From a virus, in IMG/VR virus record IMGVR_UViG_3300034152_001291, positions 32,001 to 96,000 of that record: a stretch of DNA of 64,000 nt, one strand, 5' to 3'. Made by a program: the position numbers and the translations under genes. The notes below the pieces were generated by a model that was given only the letters and a program-made list of their open reading frames with translations, was not told the origin of the DNA and ran no database searches. Numbering within the stretch: the stretch's first letter is position 1; the number at the start of each line of letters is the position of its first letter. This document shows, piece by piece, positions 46,275-55,217 of the stretch.

Positions 46275-46483
46275 GATCAGAGGAACCTGAGGATGAACTT
46301 ACCATCAACCAAAAGCAGAGTTGGTCCATGAATAGTCACCTATTTCACCGACCTTTGAGGCCTGGGGGACTCTACGCTCCCCAGGGTCGCTAGTGTGCGA
46401 GCGAGGATGTTCTGCGCGCCGATCGTGTACCCACCCTTTAGCGCGACAAAACTCCAACGAGAGATCCTGGTTTACGGAACCTC
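46275..46483 (-). ncRNA. candidate structured non-coding RNA
   Basis: About 210-nt gap with hairpins CCTGGGG/CCCCAGG, CGACC/GGTCG, AATAG-GTGA-CTATT (GNRA loop on - strand), ACCAA/TTGGT. Confidence 0.35.
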
Positions 46484-46756
46484 CTACCCAAGATGACTCT
46501 TCTCGATCTCTTCCCATGTAGGGCCGTCCTCGTCCGGGACTTCCTCGACTTCAATTCTTCGAGGTTTTCGGGATCTCTTTTCCTGAGGCACGCCGTAGAA
46601 GGGATGATTCATTCCCTTCTTGAAGGCTCGCGTTTTTTGACACTGAGGGCAGTCGACGTCGCAGAACCTCATGGTGGCCTCAGAGTCCTTCAGATTCTTG
46701 GCGCCGCACTCTCCGACGGCTTTCTTGTCCTCGTAGTCCCTGAGAAGGTGCATCAT
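46484..46756 (-). CDS. small Cys-containing hypothetical protein
   Basis: MMHLLRDY...C...C..DCPQC. Confidence 0.55.
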   Translation of the reverse strand: MMHLLRDYEDKKAVGECGAKNLKDSEATMRFCDVDCPQCQKTRAFKKGMNHPFYGVPQEKRSRKPRRIEVEEVPDEDGPTWEEIEKSHLG

Positions 46757-46757
46757 G

Positions 46758-47291
46758 TCAGGGCCCGGTCCTTTCCGTTTGAGCCTTTCTGAGACGTCCG
46801 GCACCCACGATCGCCACCGCCACCGCATCTCCCTCGTCGTCGTTCTCCACCTCTACGCCGTAGTCGTCCCGCAAGATCCGCATGATCTCTTCCTTCGCTT
46901 CCTTCCTCGTCCTTGGGACGCACCCCAGGACGCTTCGGATGGTCTCCTGATTGATCTCGTCGACCTCGCGGCTGGTCGCCGCCGCGGCCTCCGTGATGGC
47001 TACGCCGGCGAACTTGAAAAGAGTCTGGGCCGTCTTCACGAACCGGAGGTGGTGGCGCTCGATCGCGGCTGTGTCCGGCTTGTTCCTCTCGAGGATGCGC
47101 CGGATCTCCTTTTGGAACCGGACGAGCCGCTCCCCGATTCCGCCCTTGCCGACCTGAAATGAGCCATGGTCGAGGAACTCGATCTTCTTTCGCTTCCTCA
47201 GATCGATCTGGACCACGGCATACCCTGTTCTCACCGACGACGTGTCGAGACCCAGGATCTTCGGCCGGTCAATTTTCTTCTTCTTCGGCAT
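46758..47291 (-). CDS. ruvC: RuvC-like Holliday junction resolvase
   Basis: ILGLDTS..TGYAV, AAIE, K..I, DDEGDAVAVA. Confidence 0.9.
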   Translation of the reverse strand: MPKKKKIDRPKILGLDTSSVRTGYAVVQIDLRKRKKIEFLDHGSFQVGKGGIGERLVRFQKEIRRILERNKPDTAAIERHHLRFVKTAQTLFKFAGVAITEAAAATSREVDEINQETIRSVLGCVPRTRKEAKEEIMRILRDDYGVEVENDDEGDAVAVAIVGAGRLRKAQTERTGP

Positions 47292-47706
47292 CGGGAGGCC
47301 TCTCGATCAAATCGGCGTTCTGCTGCTTGAGCAGCTTGCTGATGATCTCCTTCCGCTTGGAGGGAGGGAGTTTGTGCCAAGGCAGATCCAGCGGCCGCGG
47401 GGGGATGACCTCGACGGGGACCTTCATGAGACGGATGAACTGGTTCACCACGTCCCGCGCAGTGATCTTGTCGACCGTCTTGTCCTCGAAGAACCAGGAA
47501 GGGACGTCGAACTCGAACGGACGGTCTCTCGGCGTCAGGTAGTGATAGTTGAGGGACCGGTTGTTTTTCCCCGCCCTCATGATGACGTAGATGAACCAGC
47601 CGAGAACCCGCGCTCGAATGCCCATCTGGGCAGTTGGGGAGATCTCGATTTTATTGATGATGATCGACCAGAACTTCTTCACCTTTGCCGGATTCGGCTG
47701 GTCCAT
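47269..47706 (-). CDS. hypothetical protein
   Basis: 145-aa ORF tightly packed between RNase H and RuvC. Confidence 0.6.
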   Translation of the reverse strand: MDQPNPAKVKKFWSIIINKIEISPTAQMGIRARVLGWFIYVIMRAGKNNRSLNYHYLTPRDRPFEFDVPSWFFEDKTVDKITARDVVNQFIRLMKVPVEVIPPRPLDLPWHKLPPSKRKEIISKLLKQQNADLIERPPDAEEEEN

Positions 47707-48125
47707 GCGAACCTCGCTTCTACGGCTGGGTCGTGCGCCAGGTTCTCCCCGCTCTTCAAGGGCTCGATTCTCCAGCCGCTGAAGATTCCTTTCTCGACGG
47801 ACTTGTTCAGTTCCTTGACAGCGGTCCGGATCACGGCCTCGGCCGTCCTGGGCCTCTTCTCAGAGTCGTACACTCCTTCGATCAGGGAGAGACAGTCCGT
47901 GTGGATTATAAGGGATTGGGTCTTTTTCGGGGGACGAATACGTGCCTCCGATATCGCGAGATCGAGGCCGAAGAGCACGGCGCAAGCCTCCGCTTCGATA
48001 CTCGATCTCGAGAGGGAGGAGGGGACCGTGCCCTCCGCGCGCTGGTAGATCTTCTTGTTCTTCAGGATCACCACCCCAACCCCGGACCGGTGCTTGGTGA
48101 ACGCTGCATCCACATGGATGATCAT
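47679..48125 (-). CDS. ribonuclease HI-like protein
   Basis: MIIHVDAA...GVGVV...EAEACA...IHTDC...NLAH; true start at 48125. Confidence 0.8.
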   Translation of the reverse strand: MIIHVDAAFTKHRSGVGVVILKNKKIYQRAEGTVPSSLSRSSIEAEACAVLFGLDLAISEARIRPPKKTQSLIIHTDCLSLIEGVYDSEKRPRTAEAVIRTAVKELNKSVEKGIFSGWRIEPLKSGENLAHDPAVEARFAWTSRIRQR

Positions 48126-49465
48126 CCGCGGCTCGCCTCCAACGTGTAGAGCCACGCGAGGATGGCGCGGTTGACGTGAAGTCCCTGGGGACGCTTGTTC
48201 TCGAGGATGCGCTTGTGCGTCTCGTAGACGTCCTGGGTCACGCCCATCTTCTTGACCATCTCGGCGATCTTCTTGTTGACGGCCGGGCTCGACTTGATCG
48301 CCTGGGCCTGCTGGATCGCCTTCTCGGAGAGGTCCACCTGGTCGGTGCGCAGCGGGACGTACTCGCCCATCTTGATGCCTTCCCCGACGATGATGGGGAA
48401 CTCGCGGACGTGCTTCACGCCCATCGTCTTCTTGGCATGCGCGACCGAGTTGGCCAGGCACATGAGCGGCTCCTTCTCGCCGTCCTTGTAGCCCTGGTAG
48501 ATGAGGGAGGTGGGGGCGACGCCGATGCGCTCGGCGGTGATCTCGTCGGAGAGGGGGATGAACACGCAGACGACGGGGGCGGCGCGCTCCGCCACCTCCT
48601 TGAGGACCGTGAGGCCGCGCGACTTCCAGTACAAGTGGTCCTTCCCCTCGAGGGTGTTGGCGTAGTTGGACGCGAACTCGGTCAGAGCCTGGAGATACCA
48701 CTCCCCGCGGGCGTCCGACTCGAGGGCCTTGGAGGCGACGTCCTCGAAGGTGTGGATGAGGTGCATCTCGTTCCCGGGGATCTTGAAGCTCACGCTCTTG
48801 AGCTTGTCCGGCATCTCCTTGGCGTCCTTGCCCTCCTTGTCCCTGAGCTGGCGTTCGAGGCTCTCCAGGGTCGTGTACCCCCGCGCCTTGGGATCGGCGA
48901 TGCACTTCCCGAGCCACAGGTCGATGGTGGACGCGTTGATGAGGTCCTTGGCGATCCCGCGCTTCACGATCTTCAGCTTCTCCCACGAGAGGCCGATCAG
49001 GCGCTTCACGTTCTTCACGCCGACCAGGATCAGCATCTCCCAGGTCTTGATCATCTCGAAGGCGCGGGTGTGGCTGATCCCGATCTGCTCCCGGAAGTAG
49101 TCCTTGGGATCGAATCCGTGGGAGACCGGGATGTTCTTCTTCTCGATGGCGTAGAGGGTCGCCGCCAGCTCCGCGTCGTTCTGGGAGCGGTCTCGCACGA
49201 GCTTGATCGCCTTCTCCTCGAGGTCCATCGAGGACAGGGTCATGGGGTCCTTGAAGGCCTTGATGCCGACGTCGATGCCCAGCTCCGTGATCAGGGACTC
49301 GGAGTCGGACATGGGGGTGGTCTCGATTTCGACCTTCTCCGGTTTGGCCGGTTTCTTCGCCGGTTTCTTCGCCGGTTTCTTCGCCGGTTTCTTCGCTGCC
49401 TTTTTCGAGGCCTTCTTCTTTGACGTCTTCTTCGAGGGCTTCTTTGGCGTCTTCTTTCCCTTCAT
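48122..49465 (-). CDS. putative DNA-binding protein with histone-H1-like PAKK N-terminus
   Basis: MKGKKTPKK...KKPAKKPAKKPAKK; central YFREQIGISHTRAFEMI...LSWEKL HTH-like segment; strong codon bias. Confidence 0.65.
   Translation of the reverse strand: MKGKKTPKKPSKKTSKKKASKKAAKKPAKKPAKKPAKKPAKPEKVEIETTPMSDSESLITELGIDVGIKAFKDPMTLSSMDLEEKAIKLVRDRSQNDAELAATLYAIEKKNIPVSHGFDPKDYFREQIGISHTRAFEMIKTWEMLILVGVKNVKRLIGLSWEKLKIVKRGIAKDLINASTIDLWLGKCIADPKARGYTTLESLERQLRDKEGKDAKEMPDKLKSVSFKIPGNEMHLIHTFEDVASKALESDARGEWYLQALTEFASNYANTLEGKDHLYWKSRGLTVLKEVAERAAPVVCVFIPLSDEITAERIGVAPTSLIYQGYKDGEKEPLMCLANSVAHAKKTMGVKHVREFPIIVGEGIKMGEYVPLRTDQVDLSEKAIQQAQAIKSSPAVNKKIAEMVKKMGVTQDVYETHKRILENKRPQGLHVNRAILAWLYTLEASRG
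49347..49394. repeat. 12-bp tandem repeat x4 (GCCGGTTTCTTC)
   Basis: Encodes KKPA repeats on the - strand. Confidence 0.9.
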
Positions 49466-50355
49466 TTCTTCCTTCCTCCACGCTTCTTGGGGAAGCACAG
49501 ATCCCGTCCGCCGCAGGTCGGTGCTTTCCCGCTGTTCCGTGACTTGCAGATCCCAGGCGCCAGCATGGGATTCCCGCCGGTCGCTTCCATGATCGAGGCC
49601 AGAATGGCGGTGTTCTGGGTTACCAGGGTTATGCCCCCATCCGTTGCCTTCCGGATGAAGGGCTTGAAGTCCCACGACCCTCGGTCGATGTACCCCACCA
49701 GGATTCTTTTGATGCCCCAGATCCAGGAGTAGATCTCAGCCTGATGAACATCTCTCGGGCGCGCTTTCTTGGTCTCTTCCCAGAGATTCGTCTTCATGGA
49801 CTTCAGCTCGAGGAGAGTATCCTCGGAGAGTAGGAGCACGCCGTCGGAATATCCTACCAGGGGTATGCCGTTGATCTCCATCTCCAAGCGAACTTCCTTG
49901 AACTTCCACTCGGCCTTGAGATCGTTGCAGGTCTTGACCTCTGGTTCCCAGGTTTTCAGACCCTCTTCGGGTACGAGAGAGTGCTCCGTCATGCAGGGTT
50001 CGGTCGGCATCGTCCCGCGGACGATCCTCTTGCAGCAGGAGCACTCCCAGTCTCCGTGGAGGATGCCCATGGGGCCGAAGTATCGGTTTTGCCACCATTC
50101 ATGGCACGCCGTCCCCGCGTTGAACATCTTCTGGCTTTTGGGAGGGCCCATCGGATCGGTGAGACTGTCCTTGAGCTTGAACATCATCCTTCTGTAGCAG
50201 GGGTAGAGGAGGTCGCTGACCGAGACGCGCTTGCTCGATCTGCGGTTGGTTCTTCCCGAGAGGAAAGACGAGAGAAGCTTGGTGACTTCCTTGTCCGTCT
50301 CGTCGAACAGGATGCTTCGATTGAAGTTTCCCAGTAACTCTGCCAGAGCATTCAT
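49462..50355 (-). CDS. Cas4-like PD-(D/E)xK exonuclease
   Basis: SVSDL..CYRR, GTACHE, GYSDG, LELKS, QAEIY, three C-terminal Cys (Fe-S pattern). Confidence 0.8.
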   Translation of the reverse strand: MNALAELLGNFNRSILFDETDKEVTKLLSSFLSGRTNRRSSKRVSVSDLLYPCYRRMMFKLKDSLTDPMGPPKSQKMFNAGTACHEWWQNRYFGPMGILHGDWECSCCKRIVRGTMPTEPCMTEHSLVPEEGLKTWEPEVKTCNDLKAEWKFKEVRLEMEINGIPLVGYSDGVLLLSEDTLLELKSMKTNLWEETKKARPRDVHQAEIYSWIWGIKRILVGYIDRGSWDFKPFIRKATDGGITLVTQNTAILASIMEATGGNPMLAPGICKSRNSGKAPTCGGRDLCFPKKRGGRKK

Positions 50356-50552
50356 GCAGGTTCCCCTTCCTTCAGGCGATCGCCCAGTTCGAGGAGGCTC
50401 ATCCTGGGCAAGGCCTCCTTGGGAATTTCGGTGTCAGGCTTGCCGGGCCTTTTCACAGTCACTTTTTCTTCACCGATCGTGATCCTTCCGAGATCGGTAT
50501 CGGCGAAGAAGGCGGCCAGCAGAAACATCTGATGGATCTCGGTGTCGCTCAT
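50352..50552 (-). CDS. small hypothetical protein
   Basis: ATGA overlaps at both ends. Confidence 0.6.
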   Translation of the reverse strand: MSDTEIHQMFLLAAFFADTDLGRITIGEEKVTVKRPGKPDTEIPKEALPRMSLLELGDRLKEGEPA

Positions 50553-51166
50553 CCGGGCTGGCTCTCGGTCCATTCTCTTATCCTTCTGAACAAATCGACA
50601 TACTTGATTCGGAGGTCCCGGTCTCCTTGACGGTACCCGAGGTATTGGGGGTGGTAAGTGATGACGGAGGGGATGATTTCTCCGCTCAATGTGGTGTAGG
50701 GGATCTGGCGCCCGAACCAGGGACTGAAGGGCCTGGCTTCGACGCCGAAGAGCCCGAAGAGCGGAACCCGCCCCAGGACAATGATGATTCTCGGCCTGAT
50801 GATGTCGATCTGCCTGTGCAGGAATGGAAGACAGTTCTGGATCTCGACCGGGTCGGGTGCCCTATTTCCCGACGGGGGCGTGAGTTCCTTCGGCGGGTGG
50901 CATTTCACGCAGTTCGTTATGAAGATGGTCCGGCGATCGATCCCGGCTTCGGAGAGGCATGACGTCAGCGTGACGCCGGCGCGGCCAATGAAGGGGTGGC
51001 CGGAGGCGTCCTCGCCCTCTCCAGGAGCCTCTCCCACGGCCACGATCCGGGCTTTTGCGTTGCCGTCTCCGAATACCTTGTTCCTGGCGTACTGCGAGAT
51101 GGCGCACGAGTTGCAAGCCACCACCTCGGGCCACATCGCCAGGAGTCGTTGTTTTTCTTCGCTCAT
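50549..51166 (-). CDS. uracil-DNA glycosylase family 4
   Basis: CNSC, VGEAPG..ED..G.PF.GRAG, TNCVKC.PP..NR.P, TYHP. Confidence 0.92.
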   Translation of the reverse strand: MSEEKQRLLAMWPEVVACNSCAISQYARNKVFGDGNAKARIVAVGEAPGEGEDASGHPFIGRAGVTLTSCLSEAGIDRRTIFITNCVKCHPPKELTPPSGNRAPDPVEIQNCLPFLHRQIDIIRPRIIIVLGRVPLFGLFGVEARPFSPWFGRQIPYTTLSGEIIPSVITYHPQYLGYRQGDRDLRIKYVDLFRRIREWTESQPG

Positions 51167-51609
51167 CTCTCCTCGATCCAGTCCCCCAGAGGAACCGCCA
51201 CGAAAACCCTCGAGGGCGTGAAGACCCCATTCTCCTCGAATCCGATGATGAAGAGCGGAGATCTTCCTGCCCTTTCGGCGTTCTGTACGAGCTTCTTCAG
51301 GGCGGACGACTTGACCTGCATGGATGCCTTGGAGGTGGCCTTCAGCTGGCAGAGAAAGTCGTCTCCGAGGATCAGGTCCTCCCTGTCGATCAGGCCTGAC
51401 CCGGACCCCCTCTGAATCTCGGCGCCGAGGTAATTGGAGAGGAACCGCTCGAATGCGTTTCCCATCTCCCTGTTCTTCCTCGAGGTCTCACGACTCCTGT
51501 CCGATGTTTCCCCAATCCGGGCCTTCTCCCTCGCCAGGATCTCCTCCTTCCGGTCCGCTCTCACTTTCGTCAACGGAAGTCGAATCCGCCTCTTCGATCT
51601 GTTCGACAT
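51163..51609 (-). CDS. PD-(D/E)xK nuclease, Hjc-like resolvase
   Basis: GNAFER...GSG...D...QLKAT. Confidence 0.6.
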   Translation of the reverse strand: MSNRSKRRIRLPLTKVRADRKEEILAREKARIGETSDRSRETSRKNREMGNAFERFLSNYLGAEIQRGSGSGLIDREDLILGDDFLCQLKATSKASMQVKSSALKKLVQNAERAGRSPLFIIGFEENGVFTPSRVFVAVPLGDWIEER

Positions 51610-53017
51610 AGGGATCGAGCCCCCAAGGTGAATAGTTGTAGTGTTCGAGCCTGAGATGATCTTTCGCGCTGGTCTGGAGCATCTCCCTGAAGATGAGGTA
51701 CCTGGAGAGGTAGGCGATGTCGTCCCGCATGAGGAACTGCTTCATGTCCGAGACGCGGGAGAACTTCCGGCCCATGAGAACGTGGGATCCCTTCTCCTGC
51801 TTGTAGTGCCCGAGATCGTGGAGGTACGCGAACAGGCGGTCGTAGTCGTCGGTCTGCCCCGCGTGCATGAAGTCGTGCCGGGTCTTGGTGGTGTCCAGGT
51901 AGAGGCGGAACTGCCCTTCTCCGAGAGGAGGTCCTCCTCCCTTGGACTTTCTTCCTTGGAACGTGACGTCCACGTAGCGGGCTGATCTGTCGTGCCCCAC
52001 CCGGCTCTTCCTGGCGTCCATGTCGTACCGGGCACTCGTGATTCTCATTTCGTAGTCGGCCGTGTACTTCGCCTTGAGCCCCGCCGAGAGCCTGTTGGGG
52101 TTCTGCCTCGGGTTCTTCGTCGGGCCCTGGTAGAACTGGTTTGTCCAGATCGTGGTGGCTCTCGCGTTGAAGGACTGGCGGGCGATGATCTGGGCATTCA
52201 CGATTCGGCGGAGCCCGTCGGAGGCAAGCCGCGCCAGGGGCGAGATCCGGCCCTCGCCCGTCCCTGTCTCGGTGGACTCCCTCGGCATCAGCATGGCCAG
52301 GGAGTCGAAGATCACCACGTCGACCGCGTTGCACTTGATGGCGTCAACGGCGAAATCGAACGCGAAGTTCCCGTCGCTCGGGAGGCAGACCCAGAAGGAC
52401 TCGTCCTTGCTCTTCATGATCTCGAAGCCCTGCCTCTTGATCTTCTTGTCCTCCACGCGGACTCCCCATCTCCTGGCCCACGGAGGATCGAAGGAGTCCT
52501 CGACATCCAGGTGCAGAACGACCATCGGCTGGCACTTTCCACACTTGCAGGCAGCCTTGATCTCCCCCGTTTCCTCGTTGGTCCAGTTGATGATGGGGAG
52601 GAAGCAGTGGCGGCAGGTTCTCTGCGCTGCGCCGGCGATGATGTGGCAGAGAACCGTCTTACCCACGGACTCATCGCCACTGATGCAGATCCTCTTTCCG
52701 AAGGCGAGCTTCATGACGAAGTCCACTTCGAAGATCGAGGTGTAGATCCTGTTCATCGAGAAGACGTCGAAATCTTCGGAGCCGACCAGGAAGTTGTCCC
52801 CGTATGTTGCCTGGTACTTCTTGGCGAGTTCCGACATCTCCATCCGCACGACGGTCTTGGGAGCCTCCTTCTTTCCCTTGAACTTCGAACAGGTCTCGGC
52901 GTGGTCGTACGTCCGGCCGGTCTTTTCGCCGCCGCACTCCGGGCATACCTTCTTCTTCGCCTTCTTTTTCTTGGAGGTCTTTGCCGCGGCCTTCTTGAGG
53001 GTCTTCTTTTTTGCCAC
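51488..53017 (-). CDS. recA: RecA/UvsX-like recombinase
   Basis: ISGDESVGKT, DVEDSFDP.WA, FDSLAML.P, ARL, TNQ, G...KY. Confidence 0.88.
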   Translation of the reverse strand: MAKKKTLKKAAAKTSKKKKAKKKVCPECGGEKTGRTYDHAETCSKFKGKKEAPKTVVRMEMSELAKKYQATYGDNFLVGSEDFDVFSMNRIYTSIFEVDFVMKLAFGKRICISGDESVGKTVLCHIIAGAAQRTCRHCFLPIINWTNEETGEIKAACKCGKCQPMVVLHLDVEDSFDPPWARRWGVRVEDKKIKRQGFEIMKSKDESFWVCLPSDGNFAFDFAVDAIKCNAVDVVIFDSLAMLMPRESTETGTGEGRISPLARLASDGLRRIVNAQIIARQSFNARATTIWTNQFYQGPTKNPRQNPNRLSAGLKAKYTADYEMRITSARYDMDARKSRVGHDRSARYVDVTFQGRKSKGGGPPLGEGQFRLYLDTTKTRHDFMHAGQTDDYDRLFAYLHDLGHYKQEKGSHVLMGRKFSRVSDMKQFLMRDDIAYLSRYLIFREMLQTSAKDHLRLEHYNYSPWGLDPYVEQIEEADSTSVDESESGPEGGDPGEGEGPDWGNIGQES

Positions 53018-53058
53018 GTCTTCTCTCCCAGACCGGTTACGACGGGCCCAAGCAGGGC

Positions 53059-53081
53059 TTGGACCCGTCGCTCCGGACCAA
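53059..53081. promoter_or_regulatory. 23-bp palindromic motif, copy 4 (TTGGACCCG-tcgct-CCGGACCAA)
   Basis: In the intergenic gap upstream of recA; extra half-site CGGGCCCAA at 53043-53051. Confidence 0.7.
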
Positions 53082-53083
53082 CG

Positions 53084-53581
53084 CTACGACTGGGTAAATC
53101 CCGGAGGGGTCGTCGGCGGGACCTGTCCCTGCTGTCCCTGCTGTCCCTGCTGTCCCTGCTGGGGCTGCCCCTGGCCGTACTGCTGCTGTCCGAACTGGGG
53201 GCGGCCTCCCTGGGGGCCAAACTGCGGGCCGCCCGCGGGGGTCGCCGGCGCGGGCCCGAAGTTCTGGCCCTGCGGCGGCTGGGGCTGCGTGGCCTGCTGC
53301 CCCCACGGGGCGGGCCAGCCGGATCCCTGGACGATCTGGTTCATGGTCGTCTGGATCTTCTGGACGATCCTGGGCATGAGGTCGTCGACCGCCTTCTCGA
53401 AGTCCTTTCCCGCGTAGATCGGGATGTCGAACCCGACTTCCAGACTCGAGTAGTCGCCGAACACGTTGGCGAGCTTCTCGTTGATCCGGAAGTACATGGG
53501 CATCGCGAAGGGCGCCGACACCGGGGGAGCCTCCTGTTTCTTCTCCGTCGTTTTCTTCTTGCCTGCCGATTTCTTCGCCAT
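53084..53581 (-). CDS. hypothetical protein with Q/G/P-rich C-terminal tail
   Basis: MAKKSAGKKK...; tail QQGQQGQQGQQGQ. Confidence 0.65.
   Translation of the reverse strand: MAKKSAGKKKTTEKKQEAPPVSAPFAMPMYFRINEKLANVFGDYSSLEVGFDIPIYAGKDFEKAVDDLMPRIVQKIQTTMNQIVQGSGWPAPWGQQATQPQPPQGQNFGPAPATPAGGPQFGPQGGRPQFGQQQYGQGQPQQGQQGQQGQQGQVPPTTPPGFTQS
53123..53158. repeat. 9-bp tandem repeat x4 (CTGTCCCTG)
   Basis: Encodes QGQ repeats on the - strand. Confidence 0.9.
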
Positions 53582-53633
53582 CACTTCCTCCATGTCGATT
53601 TCCTGTTCGAAAAGGACGCGCTCCCGAATGACT

Positions 53634-55217
53634 TCATCGGGACGTCCCCGAACATGCTTGACGAACCTGAGCGATCCAACGAGCGGCATCGCCAGGGTCG
53701 CACTGGACGATTTCATAGCCTCTGCTCCTATAGAACTTGACGTGGTTCTGGTGCTGGTGAACGAAGGTCTCCGTGCCCCGAATGATCGGATCGATGAGGA
53801 TGGGACGGGACTTTCCCTCGACGTACCGCTCGATCCTGCCCCCGACCTGCTCCACCCTGTTGATGGGCATGCAGAACAGCGCCGCGTCCTTGTGCGGGGC
53901 GTTTATCGCATGCTCGGTGTTCTTGTAGGTCGTGAAGGTCATCTGCTTGGCGAGGCACGATGTCTTTTCCATCCCTCCAAAGAACAGGGAAGTCATCTCC
54001 TCCGGGATGCCCCGTCGCACGGACTCGTTTCGCAGGTCCTCCAGGTGGGCCTTGAACTTGGAGAAGATGAGAGCCTGGCGGCCATTCTCGTACAAGGCCC
54101 TGATCAGGTAGAGCAGGCCCTCCCGGTAGAGAGGGTCCTCGACGAGGGCGTGCCACATGTCGTTGTAGTGGATCGAGTTTCCGGTTCCTTGCCACTCGCA
54201 TTTCCCGTCGAGGGCGCAGAAGTCCCTGCATCGGGACTTGGTCATCGTCTTGTAGAGGTTCTGGCAAAAGAAGATCTTGTGATCCTCCTCGCTGATCCTG
54301 GCTTGGAGAGGAGTGTCCACCAAGAGGACGAAGGGGCTCATCCGTCTTCCTTCCACCTCGACGACGTTGGGTCCGAGCGTGTACTTGAAGATCCAGGAGA
54401 GCCTGTCGGGACGCTCGTCGGTCGCGGTGAGCCCGACCGAGTAGGAGAAGCAGAAATTGAAGATGCTTCTGATGAAGCTGTTGGCCGAGAATTTGTGGGC
54501 CTCGTCCACCACCAGGAGCCCGCACTCCACCGGGTTCGCCGGGTTCAGGTGCTTGAAGGCCGTCTGAGCCATGACAATGACGATGTTGCCTGAGAAGTCG
54601 ACGTTGGACGGGGCCTCCCCTTCGATGCCGATTTTCTTTCTGATCCTGTTTTGGGTCGCCTTTGGCATCACGAACGAGATACGCGCCTGGGGAAGGAACC
54701 GCGTGATCTCCTCGGCCCACTGCTCCGCTACGTGGTTCTGGTCCACCAGGACGACCGACCGTCTCGATCCGAGTCTGGCAAGGAGATAGACGCCGATCAC
54801 GGTTTTTCCGGAGCCGCACTTCCCACGGATGATCGCTCCCCTCCATTTCCGGAGCATCTCTACCGCGGCGTTCACGCCGGGAATCTGCTCGTCCCTGAGG
54901 CTTCCCTTGAACTCGATGGGCCTGTCGAGGTCGAGGCCCCGGAAGCAGACGGAGTCCGTCTCGTTCCTGATCTTGGTTTTGTTCCTGAGGTAGAGGTACT
55001 TGGGGACCAGACACCGGGTCTCGTCGAGGCTGTAGAAGACGGGAAAGGTCGTGGCCTTGCCGGGGGCCCGCTTGGATCGTCTTGGCTTGGCCACGAAGTG
55101 ATCCATCCTCTGCTCGATACGTTTCCGAGGTACCTCGGCAAGGCCCCGGAATACGATCACTTGGTCAGGAGGGAGAGGATCGGAATTATCCCAGAGGGTT
55201 TTCTGTCTTTGACCCAT
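53634..55217 (-). CDS. superfamily 2 DEAH helicase (UvsW/ResIII-like)
   Basis: LRDEQ, CGSGKT, VDEAH, GLTAT, Q..GRIER. Confidence 0.9.
   Translation of the reverse strand: MGQRQKTLWDNSDPLPPDQVIVFRGLAEVPRKRIEQRMDHFVAKPRRSKRAPGKATTFPVFYSLDETRCLVPKYLYLRNKTKIRNETDSVCFRGLDLDRPIEFKGSLRDEQIPGVNAAVEMLRKWRGAIIRGKCGSGKTVIGVYLLARLGSRRSVVLVDQNHVAEQWAEEITRFLPQARISFVMPKATQNRIRKKIGIEGEAPSNVDFSGNIVIVMAQTAFKHLNPANPVECGLLVVDEAHKFSANSFIRSIFNFCFSYSVGLTATDERPDRLSWIFKYTLGPNVVEVEGRRMSPFVLLVDTPLQARISEEDHKIFFCQNLYKTMTKSRCRDFCALDGKCEWQGTGNSIHYNDMWHALVEDPLYREGLLYLIRALYENGRQALIFSKFKAHLEDLRNESVRRGIPEEMTSLFFGGMEKTSCLAKQMTFTTYKNTEHAINAPHKDAALFCMPINRVEQVGGRIERYVEGKSRPILIDPIIRGTETFVHQHQNHVKFYRSRGYEIVQCDPGDAARWIAQVRQACSGTSR

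Noticed and set aside
46305-46517. 70-aa ORF in the non-coding gap
   Set aside because: Atypical codons, no RBS, overlaps the upstream gene; hairpins explain the region better
47679-49481. 600-aa ORF as a single RNase H fusion
   Set aside because: Its upstream part is an alternate frame of the 48122-49465 gene; RNase H starts at ATG 48125
49347-53158. Short tandem repeats near a Cas4-like gene as a possible CRISPR array
   Set aside because: They are 12- and 9-bp in-frame coding repeats without spacers; no cas1/cas2
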